NCBI GenBank assembly: GCA_002497765.1
Contig: DAET01000070.1
Coordinates: 1-59,619 of the forward strand
Origin: Euryarchaeota archaeon UBA486
GTDB taxonomy: Archaea; Thermoplasmatota; Poseidoniia; Poseidoniales; Poseidoniaceae
Direction of reading: 5' to 3'
Length of the DNA: 59,619 bases
This document shows positions 26,801 through 34,381 of this stretch, piece by piece. The position numbers and the translations under genes were made by a program. Below the pieces are notes generated by a model. The model saw nothing but the letters and a program-made list of their open reading frames with translations. It searched no databases and was not told the DNA's origin. How positions within the stretch are numbered: the stretch's first letter is position 1; the number at the start of each line of letters is the position of its first letter.

Positions 26801-29559
26801 GCCCGGAGCGGGTCGAGGCTCCAGTTGTTTCCACCCGTGAAGGTGTCACCCACCCACCGGCGGTGCTGAATCTCCCATCCGTCTGGCATGCCATCGCCAT
26901 CGGTGTCCGGGTTCGTAGGATCGGTGGCGGTGTCAATGTTGGCCAGTGCGAGGTAAGTGGCGTTGGCGGCTTCGCCCTTTGCACTGTCACAGATGTACTC
27001 CATTTGCACCGTGTAATAACACCAAAGCGTGCTCTGTTCGTAGAAGAAGCCGTAGTACTCAGAACCGTCTCCTACGCCATCACCGTCGGTGTCTCCCACG
27101 CGTGGATCGGTTGCGTTGTAGCCTTCAGGGGTGAGTTTGACGTAGCGGTACTCGTCAAGGTTGGTCCACAATCGCTCAAGGTTCATGTCGCCGGATTGGT
27201 CCAAGTCCAAGCCGTCGGCGTCGTTGTCGAACAGCGCATCCCACGGATCGGTTGGGTCCAGTCCGTGAACCACCTCCCAACCGTCAGGCATCCCATCAGC
27301 ATCCGAATCGTTGGCGCCCGGGTCCATGAGTTGCAAGTTGGCATAGCGTCCTGGCGACGCTGCGCCGAAGACCGAGACGCTGCCCTCGTTTGTCGAGGTT
27401 GCAATGGCGACGATTTCTCCGGGCAATCGCGTTTGGTCCTGAAGGCCGTAGACTGCGGTGTAATCGCCTGCGAGCGCCCAAAGACCCCACTCTGAACCAA
27501 CCAGCACCTCGTCTCCGGTTGGATGGATGGCGCGGATGTTGTTCGTCTCCTTGGAGAGTTTACCATCCACACCGGGGTGAACGTACAGCCCACTGTGTTC
27601 GATGAAGTCATCGTTCAAGTCCAGCTTGTGGAGACCAGAGGGCGTTCCAAACCACAGGGCTTGTGCGTTTGAGGGAGACGGTCCGTCCAACACCATGGCT
27701 CGAATGTCCGCAGGGTTGTCGTTTGATCCCAACGGCAGACTTCGAAGTTCATCAACATCCGTCGGGTTGGGATTGTCCTCTGGGGTGTAGAAAAATCGCC
27801 ACGAACCCGCAGCATCGTCCCTTGCCGAAGCCGTATCAACAATGAACAAACCTCGGTCGGTTCCAACGAACAAATGGAACGTGGTCCCACCTGCCAAGCC
27901 GTGTTCAATCGAAGAGACCGAGGCATTCGCCTCGCTCAAGCCGGCGACAATCCCAGCGCCGAGGTCGAACGTGGAAGCGATGCTGGCACTCCCGTCAATT
28001 TCAACGATATGCCCAGCACCTGCATGACCCAAGCCGATGGCGTGGAGGTTGACATCTTCCCCGCCCAGTGGCGACACGGCGTGAACGGCATCGGAGAGGC
28101 TCCACGACCACGAGCCAATGGAGGCCAATCCGCCATCGGCCAGCAAGGGGGCGACGGCGAAACCGATGCTGGTACCCATCACGACACCGTAGGGTGTGCC
28201 GTCGGCCTGCGCGAGGAACCCGTCATGAAGAACGACCCCTTGCGGCATGGAATGATGACTTTGTGCGGATCCATCGAGGTTCAAGACGCTGACGCCGTAC
28301 TTTGTCATGGCGTACAGAACGCCGTCATGTTCGGCGAGTGTCTTGACATCGTGGTGCATGACGGCCAAGGTGTCCTCGGGTGCATCGTAGACCAGCGGCA
28401 TCGTCGCAAAGCCACCCTCATCGCCAACAAGCGCCGACTTGAGGCCAGGATACACCGTGTTGCCGTCGTCAAAGTGGACGAGATACTCCTCAAGCGTCGA
28501 AAGCGCTTCACCGATCTTGAGTGCCGTGAGGGTTCGAGACACATCGCTGGAGATGCCTCCGTCTCGATTGGTGTCCCATCCATCACCGTCGGGGTCCTCA
28601 AGCGCATTTGATCGATTCAACGGATTAAGGCCGAAGTGCACTTCCCAACCATCGGGAATACCGTCACCAAAGGACGGGTAAAGTGGGCGGATGGAGAACC
28701 CATCCCAGAGGTAGCGGTCAGAATCCTCCAGCAGGGGGTCTGTCCCCAACCAGAGGTCCTCACCAACTGGATTCACCGCCCGCGACGTGCAAGCGGGGAG
28801 CAGGTTGTGGAAGGTGGCGTTGGCGCCTGAGGGAAGGTAGGGCCAATTCTTGAGCACCGCACCCTCAGGCAGTGTGGCATGACACCACAGACCGTCAAGT
28901 TCTGCTGTGAAGTTGGAGGGCGTGCCGTAGGCGTATTCCTCTGGAGCAGTAAACCGTTCTGCGTCGCTGAGGATACCGTTACGATCCACATCAAAACCGT
29001 CATTGTCCCCATCAAGTGTCAAATCGCTGCTGTTCAGCGGGTCAAAGGAAGGGCAGGTGTACCTCAACGAAACCGTGTCAAACCCACCCATGCGATGACA
29101 CATGTAGGCCTCGTATCCGTCGGGCATGCCGTCACCATCGGTGTCGGAGACGCGCGGGTCAAGGTACATCCGGTCGTTGTTTTCGTCAAGTTGACCTGTG
29201 AGACCACGAGGAAACCCTGGTGCTGTGCAGTTGGCAGGGTAGGGCCAACAGAATTCTTCAGTGGCATTCAACCCGTCCCGGTCGCGGTCGGTTGAAGCAT
29301 CAGAGGCGTTGTTTTTGTCGAGACCTTGGAGAACGACTTCTCGGCCGTCGACAGCCGTCCAGTTCATCCATTCTTCAAACAATGTCTCGTGAACATCGGG
29401 AATCAAATCACCGTCGGTGTCGGTGTTGGGGGGTGGTGTTCCATCCGTGCTGTCTGGATGGATGTTTGCGACGTTGGAAACGGCAGGAAATTGCGACATA
29501 AAGAGAAGGCTGGCAATCACGGCAAGGGTGGTCAGAATGGTCGTTTGACTTCTTCGCAT
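23809..29559 (-). CDS. Giant (~1915 aa) secreted protein with many Ca-binding DxDxDG repeats and a beta-propeller-like insert
   Basis: N-terminal signal/anchor (MRRSQTTILTTLAVIASLLFMSQF). About 25 DxDxDG-type motifs counted by eye (e.g. DTDGDGMPDGWE). Blade-like segments LFVGTDRGL, LWFGTPSGL and VLVGSEWGL. No C-terminal TM. Confidence 0.88.
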   Translation of the reverse strand: MRRSQTTILTTLAVIASLLFMSQFPAVSNVANIHPDSTDGTPPPNTDTDGDLIPDVHETLFEEWMNWTAVDGREVVLQGLDKNNASDASTDRDRDGLNATEEFCWPYPANCTAPGFPRGLTGQLDENNDRMYLDPRVSDTDGDGMPDGYEAYMCHRMGGFDTVSLRYTCPSFDPLNSSDLTLDGDNDGFDVDRNGILSDAERFTAPEEYAYGTPSNFTAELDGLWCHATLPEGAVLKNWPYLPSGANATFHNLLPACTSRAVNPVGEDLWLGTDPLLEDSDRYLWDGFSIRPLYPSFGDGIPDGWEVHFGLNPLNRSNALEDPDGDGWDTNRDGGISSDVSRTLTALKIGEALSTLEEYLVHFDDGNTVYPGLKSALVGDEGGFATMPLVYDAPEDTLAVMHHDVKTLAEHDGVLYAMTKYGVSVLNLDGSAQSHHSMPQGVVLHDGFLAQADGTPYGVVMGTSIGFAVAPLLADGGLASIGSWSWSLSDAVHAVSPLGGEDVNLHAIGLGHAGAGHIVEIDGSASIASTFDLGAGIVAGLSEANASVSSIEHGLAGGTTFHLFVGTDRGLFIVDTASARDDAAGSWRFFYTPEDNPNPTDVDELRSLPLGSNDNPADIRAMVLDGPSPSNAQALWFGTPSGLHKLDLNDDFIEHSGLYVHPGVDGKLSKETNNIRAIHPTGDEVLVGSEWGLWALAGDYTAVYGLQDQTRLPGEIVAIATSTNEGSVSVFGAASPGRYANLQLMDPGANDSDADGMPDGWEVVHGLDPTDPWDALFDNDADGLDLDQSGDMNLERLWTNLDEYRYVKLTPEGYNATDPRVGDTDGDGVGDGSEYYGFFYEQSTLWCYYTVQMEYICDSAKGEAANATYLALANIDTATDPTNPDTDGDGMPDGWEIQHRRWVGDTFTGGNNWSLDPLRADDADWDADGDGLPNLCEYQWSVVRTMGLNGDLLEDYGETPEAVEAWAVADPNLVDSDGDTLPDGWESKGLCSWDPSRLGVNPLNGSDAFENPDGDGYDVNRDGVLSQDEAFVNYLEYHIRSDLFNGNQTLDGVQLPGNFTTKLFDHISDLGAPDDTFADRASGSVTAGLSSYSVGAADPLSADTDDDGMPDGWEIWFARWNLLDDAWTLNPLDSTDRWQDADDDGMTNWEEYNVISPLYSETDVNRSSPQWFVTTIGVAYALQQWPGIPTTASFGDFLTENQTNLTGLTADPNNVDTDGDGMLDGVELLFTAWNVSAATWTLNPLVAGDGDFDGDEDGLIDRQEFALATEQPDNGIDHPSDAPLLHVDGDFQQPTEKAQRVFNILISKETRGKRLLNDFNAWQQGEPPNAFIEVVLGMTDPTIPDTDGDGMYDGFEYWFTSWDLDENRWSINPLIDGDVNLDSDQDSFDCNEDGEIDANETFSNLREWESRTWGKFLTRNTVPANLGIIDFGEDAMAAYQEELGFSALQAQQALYQDFIKKGVESEERMEKINELESENFNRSLRGVADPTHPDSDSDGIPDGWEYCYATYGMDDVTTENHWAANPLNPWDVNYDGDHDGWYDRTSFDIPAAQGAWEDRTFTPSGVVVQNGVGNLPFTNFMEYDNQTRPDLNDSDGDSITYITTVENGAVVSHVRDYNYSDGREVFKYGSNPSDNDTDGDMLPDWYEYKLAWNESNDNFSSYLDIRVVWIDVGTGGPCTTDTNSCLPLSQDGSGGTLARPDTEFTWFTLDPADATDANLDPDQDGNWDCSGAGCVYESYTNFQEFYAITNSDYSSPNAVRLSGLTYDGMPVTEGWQFRAAMLGLGQPNELVLNYLKLDKFGGPDNQYGYIVDDKDTNFLIVDPSDDVVLMAGNRTDAWEIYYQGSPNTPPVRNVGEHEYGWYLLDFDDDHLAEGSSPLNWDTDGDWMNDWFEVRDDEEDGVRGDSSPIRYDSRQTS

Positions 29560-29746
29560 GGAATCACCGTGTGCAAAGCCTCCGCCTCGCTCGTCTTTCA
29601 AACCCGCAAGATTGCTTATGAGGGTGATGGAACATTGTTCATACAACTACCCGTTGCGACCGCCGTTTAACCCGTAGAATCTGTGCCTTCGTCGCCACCC
29701 ACCCGGTGGCTTCAAGTCCTTCCCGCGACCGAGGGATGATGTTCGC

Positions 29747-30559
29747 ATGACCATGACCATCACGCATTTGGGAACAGGCAGTCGAGGAAACTCGACCCTG
29801 CTTGAAACACCCCATGCGAAGGTGCTCATCGACCAGGGTTTCAGCGGCACGCAACTCGCCAAGCGTCTGGCACGCCTCCAATTAACGCCAGAAGACATCG
29901 ACTGCGTCTTCATCACGCATCATCATGGCGATCACGGCGGTGGTGCCAAAGTTGTGCAAACCAAGTGGAGCATTCCCGTTCTCGCCAACGAGCGCACTGC
30001 CCTTGAATTGGATTTGGTCCCCGAGTTGACCACCTTCTTCGAAGCGCTTGATTTGGTTCGTGTCGGGGACGATTTGTCGATTCTTCCGGTGCCAGTCCCA
30101 CACGCTGGCTCCGACAACGTCGCCTTCGTGGCCAGCCACGGCGGTGAACGTGCGGCCATCATCACCGATTTAGGCTCGTGGACCGATGAATTGGTGGCGC
30201 ACGTGCGAGGCTGTGAACACATCTCGATCGAGGCCAATTACGATCACAACAAACTGATGTACGGGCCTTACCCTTACTCGCTCAAAGACCGCATCTCGGG
30301 ACGAGGCGGCCATCTTTCCAACGAGCAGACGGGACGGTTCTTGGCCGAGGTGTGCACGGAAACGACCCGGAGCATCACCCTTACGCACCTGAGCGAGAAA
30401 AACAACGCCCCGCACCTCGCAGAATCGACCGTGCTGTATTACATCGACGAGGTGTTCTCGGGCGACCTGCGAATATCGGCTCAAAACGGACCGGATTTTT
30501 CGCACTACATCGGCGCACTCGATGAGACGGTCACGGTGGAAAACAACACGACCAACTGA
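29747..30559 (+). CDS. MBL-fold metallo-hydrolase (YycJ/WalJ-like)
   Basis: LGTGSRGNS, LIDQG, THHHGDH (HxHxDH), TDLG, IEANYD, GGHLSN and LTHLSEKNN. Confidence 0.93.
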   Translation: MTMTITHLGTGSRGNSTLLETPHAKVLIDQGFSGTQLAKRLARLQLTPEDIDCVFITHHHGDHGGGAKVVQTKWSIPVLANERTALELDLVPELTTFFEALDLVRVGDDLSILPVPVPHAGSDNVAFVASHGGERAAIITDLGSWTDELVAHVRGCEHISIEANYDHNKLMYGPYPYSLKDRISGRGGHLSNEQTGRFLAEVCTETTRSITLTHLSEKNNAPHLAESTVLYYIDEVFSGDLRISAQNGPDFSHYIGALDETVTVENNTTN

Positions 30560-30615
30560 CCCCTTTTCGGCTGGTTGAGGTCAATGGCTAAATGATACGG
30601 GGTTGTGTCAACCTT

Positions 30616-31674
30616 GTGGACCGAGGCCCCGCCCCATTTGCTTCTCGTCGTCGCGATGACGAACGAGCCGTGAGCGAGGTGCTGGGCGTGGTCATGCTTC
30701 TCGCCATGGTCATCACCATCATGGGTGGCGTGTGGGTGTTCTTGAATCCCTATCTGTCGGATTTTGAAGACAACACCAACTGGAACTCAGCGACAGGGCT
30801 GGCCGACCGAATCGAGGACCGTCTCGAAGTGGCCGGAAATGCACCCGATGGAACCGGATTCCGCAACACGCTGGCCATCCAGTCAACAGCCATTCGATCC
30901 GTCCAGAACGTCGAACACTGGACCATCAGCGCGGACCTGACAGACAGGGAGGCCATCAACATTCGACAGGTCAACGCGTCCACCATCGCCGTGCTTGCTG
31001 CCAACGAAACCGCCCGAAGCATTACCATCCAATCCCCGGAAACAACCTACCAACAAACCTTACCCGTTAGCCACCAAGAGGTGTTCGTTTCGCACAACGC
31101 CAGTTCCCCACACTGGATGATCACAACCGTGTTCGGAGCCGATGGAGAACCCCTCCACCGCCACGTGATGTGGACGCTGTCAGGATTGCAAATCACCACC
31201 TCGCTGGGGCAGGGTGAACACCAAATCGTGTTGATGAACAATGCAAGAGCAGAACGCTTCCCCAACGAGGCTTGGAGCGTGAGTGCCATGCCACTGGTTG
31301 AATTTGACCGTATGGCCAACGACGAGTTGCGTCTTTCGATTCTCTTGACCGATGTGGTCGCCAACGGGAGCATCGGCTCGGGGTCCAATGTCGGCATGCA
31401 ATTCGTGTCTCAAGGACCGATGACCCTTTTCACCGGCGAGGCTTACAACGTGAACTTCAACGTGTTCAACGCACTCCATGACGTCATCACCCCACAATAC
31501 AACAACAACTGGCTGGCCGATTACACCATCCAACGCTCGGCAGGAACCCTTGACACGTACATTGGCTTTGCACCTCATGAACGTGCGAGCGGTGCCGATG
31601 GCCTCAGTGTCTCATCGCAGAATCTTCCGCTGTACTTTGAAGTGGACATCCAGCGCGTGGAGGTGAGCCGTTGA
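30616..31674 (+). CDS. Archaeal type IV pilin-like protein (class III signal peptide)
   Basis: RRRDDERA|VSEVLGVVMLLAMVITIMGGVWV. The start is either GTG 30616 or ATG 30592. Confidence 0.85.
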   Translation: MDRGPAPFASRRRDDERAVSEVLGVVMLLAMVITIMGGVWVFLNPYLSDFEDNTNWNSATGLADRIEDRLEVAGNAPDGTGFRNTLAIQSTAIRSVQNVEHWTISADLTDREAINIRQVNASTIAVLAANETARSITIQSPETTYQQTLPVSHQEVFVSHNASSPHWMITTVFGADGEPLHRHVMWTLSGLQITTSLGQGEHQIVLMNNARAERFPNEAWSVSAMPLVEFDRMANDELRLSILLTDVVANGSIGSGSNVGMQFVSQGPMTLFTGEAYNVNFNVFNALHDVITPQYNNNWLADYTIQRSAGTLDTYIGFAPHERASGADGLSVSSQNLPLYFEVDIQRVEVSR

Positions 31675-33905
31675 GAGGTGCCCTTCGCCGAGATGAAGCA
31701 GGTGTTTCGGCTGCGGTGGCCACCGTGCTTTTGTTTGGGGGCGTATTGTCCATCATCGGTTTGATGATGGTGTCCATGATGCCGGTCATTGAAGAAATGG
31801 AAGGTTCGGTGGAGCGGCATGACATGTCGTCGCAGATGACCCTGCTCGCCCATGAAACCTCGGCCCTCTCCGAACGCGGCATGCCCGGTGATTCGGCCCA
31901 AGCCACCCTCATTCCCGTGGACGGAGAGTTGACCTGGGACAGTCTGCGAGGTGGCATGTGGTATTCCGCCACATGGGTTGAAGACATGAGCCTTCGAGCT
32001 CGCGGCGCCTTGGATTTCGACGACCAGCTCGAGATTCGCCACCCTGAGAGCTTCGTCGAATCGGTCTGCATCACGGACCTCAGACTTGGGCCTGACCGCC
32101 CGTACCACTACACGCTCGATGCGGTGCTCGACCGTGTGAGCGTGACCGTGACCCCCGGTTTGGCCATGCCGCTGGGCCCCATTGAAATCCAACTCGTCGA
32201 AGACGGCGTTGAGGTGGAGACGACCTCACTTCGCGTCGACGAGATGACCACCCTTGATCTTCAAAATCGGGGCGAGACGGTGCTCTCTTCCAGCCATGCG
32301 CTCACGGTGTTTGCTTCCATCGGCGAAGGCGGCACCGCCTATGTCATGCCCAACGCCCCTGAACCTTCCGACAAACGAGGTCATGCCTGGTCCATCCCGA
32401 TTGCATCCGGAACCACGGCCATCCACCTGTTGAGTGAAACAGCGAATCAAGTCCACATCACCGTCAACGGCGCCACCTCCATCCACTACGCCACGCCCAC
32501 CGGGCTTGCACGAACAGGTGTACCCTTGACCCACGAACTGACCGTGGATGATAGCACGGTCGCCCATATCACCACCAGTGCCCCTTCCCGCTTGATGCTC
32601 GTCTCAAACCCTGACGCAGAAGTCGGTTCGACGGCTTGGCCATCAACCAACGGAGCCTACCTCGGCCACGCCTTCCTGCCACCCCACATGAACGGCACCT
32701 TGCGCCTGACCAACCCAGGAGACGAGGTGGTCACGCTGACGTGGCGAGGCGGTGGTATTTCGGTCGCCCCAAGCGGTGTTGAACACGTAGCCTGGCCACC
32801 TGCGTACGACGATGGAGCCGCTACGATTGACGGCGACGGCGACGTCTTCCTCACGTGGACACCCACCGAAGATGAAACCACCACCGATGCCGTTTCAGGC
32901 ATGATGTACCTCCCCGCAGACGACACAGGTGGTCTGTCCGGCGGCCTGTTTTCCTACGCCAACCTCGACAACACCACGGAGGAATCCCTCGTTGTCCGTC
33001 TGGCGGGGTACAGCGCCACGTGGAACATGACGGGAGCAACGTTGGCCAACGACGTCTTCCTTGAATCGGACAATCACGCATCCATCATCCTCGGGGAAGG
33101 GAACACCAGCCTCATGGTTGAATCAGGCCACCCGCTTCGCGTGTTGCGAACGTCGGGTGATGCAGGCCTCCTTCACCTCCCGCACGACGGGGCCGAACGT
33201 TGCACTCGTGTGGGCACCCAAGCCAGTGGTTGGATCACCACCGACCTGCCATGGGAACGCATGGGTGGACGAGGAGAAATCGACACCAAAGCTGCCTGGG
33301 TTGAAGGACGGCATCCTGCCAGCATGAGCATCGATGTCTTGGGGAGCGACGGCGTCTCAAGCCACGCATCGATTGGCAATGTTTGGGCCTTCCACCTCTC
33401 CCGACTCGCCTACCAGTTTTCGTCCTCCATCGACGGCATGGAGGTGGCCTTCAGCGGTGGTGCTGTGGTGACCAACCATCCCGAATTCAAACCCTATGTG
33501 GTCGTGCCACCCTCAGACCGAGGCGGACCCGGCCCCCGGTTTGCTGCAACCATCCCCTCGCTGCACCCCACCGCTTCGAGTGAAACAGGCGCGGGTGAAT
33601 TGGAACTTGACATCGAAATGGTGCATCGCACTTCGCTCGCATCCACCCCGGCTTACGAAGTTCGTCGCGGTTGGTCTGAGCCGTACGGGACGGCGATTGC
33701 AGACAACGCCGGTATTGGTCTTGAGGCGAGCGAGGATTGGACCGTGTATCCCGGCCGATTGGATTTGTTGACCGACTACGTCGGCTGGGTACCCGATCCG
33801 ACGTATGGCACGTCCGAGGCGGTTTGGCACACCAACGGGGAAGTGATTGAATTCACCTTACAGTTGGCTTCGTTGGATGTCACGACACGGGAGGTGTTGG
33901 TCTGA
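31671..33905 (+). CDS. Large pilin-like protein (class III signal peptide, 744 aa), possible tip adhesin
   Basis: RRDEAG|VSAAVATVLLFGGVLSIIGLMMV. The TTG start overlaps the upstream TGA and is preceded by GGAGGTGA. Confidence 0.85.
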   Translation: MRGALRRDEAGVSAAVATVLLFGGVLSIIGLMMVSMMPVIEEMEGSVERHDMSSQMTLLAHETSALSERGMPGDSAQATLIPVDGELTWDSLRGGMWYSATWVEDMSLRARGALDFDDQLEIRHPESFVESVCITDLRLGPDRPYHYTLDAVLDRVSVTVTPGLAMPLGPIEIQLVEDGVEVETTSLRVDEMTTLDLQNRGETVLSSSHALTVFASIGEGGTAYVMPNAPEPSDKRGHAWSIPIASGTTAIHLLSETANQVHITVNGATSIHYATPTGLARTGVPLTHELTVDDSTVAHITTSAPSRLMLVSNPDAEVGSTAWPSTNGAYLGHAFLPPHMNGTLRLTNPGDEVVTLTWRGGGISVAPSGVEHVAWPPAYDDGAATIDGDGDVFLTWTPTEDETTTDAVSGMMYLPADDTGGLSGGLFSYANLDNTTEESLVVRLAGYSATWNMTGATLANDVFLESDNHASIILGEGNTSLMVESGHPLRVLRTSGDAGLLHLPHDGAERCTRVGTQASGWITTDLPWERMGGRGEIDTKAAWVEGRHPASMSIDVLGSDGVSSHASIGNVWAFHLSRLAYQFSSSIDGMEVAFSGGAVVTNHPEFKPYVVVPPSDRGGPGPRFAATIPSLHPTASSETGAGELELDIEMVHRTSLASTPAYEVRRGWSEPYGTAIADNAGIGLEASEDWTVYPGRLDLLTDYVGWVPDPTYGTSEAVWHTNGEVIEFTLQLASLDVTTREVLV

Positions 33906-34381
33906 AGAAGCAACGTCTCGTCCACGACACCCGGGCAGCGGCCACTGAACTGGGCTACATTTTCACCTTCCTCCTGGGCGTCCTCCTGATGAGCATGTTC
34001 AGCGTCTGGGCGTGGGACATCGAAACCAACACACGACTTCGCTGGAACGAGGAAGCCATCCAAGCCAACATGGACGACATTGCGGCTGCCGTTGAACGAG
34101 CGGATGAAGCCAGCCGGTTTGGAGGAAACGTCTCGTATGCCGAGGAGATTGCTTGGCGACCAACGGAAGCCGATGAGTCCCTGTTCTGGCTGGAACTCCA
34201 CGAAACTGAACTCGTTTTGATCGATGAAGGCGGACCCCTTGATACGACGATTTCGCTTTCGGGAACCGGTGCGGGTAGCCATGAGGGTCGCGTACCCCTG
34301 GCCGGTGTCGAACGGTTGTGGGTCGTCCACGATGATGGTGTAACCTTCCTTTCGCTGGACAGGCCGCAAGCCGTCCAATGA
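33902..34381 (+). CDS. Small pilin-like protein (class III signal peptide), probable CTG start
   Basis: In-frame upstream extension of ORF 33989 gives (M)KKQRLVHDTRA|AATELGYIFTFLLGVLLMSMFSVW. GGAGGTG lies at 33890-33896 and the CTGA overlaps the upstream stop. Confidence 0.78.
   Translation: MKKQRLVHDTRAAATELGYIFTFLLGVLLMSMFSVWAWDIETNTRLRWNEEAIQANMDDIAAAVERADEASRFGGNVSYAEEIAWRPTEADESLFWLELHETELVLIDEGGPLDTTISLSGTGAGSHEGRVPLAGVERLWVVHDDGVTFLSLDRPQAVQ

Noticed and set aside
23809-29559. Recurrent DNA words such as GCCGTCGCCGTC / CCATCCGTC suggesting a repeat array or CRISPR
   Set aside because: They are degenerate, irregularly spaced and in frame with the DxDxDG protein repeats. There are no identical repeats with unique spacers and no cas genes.
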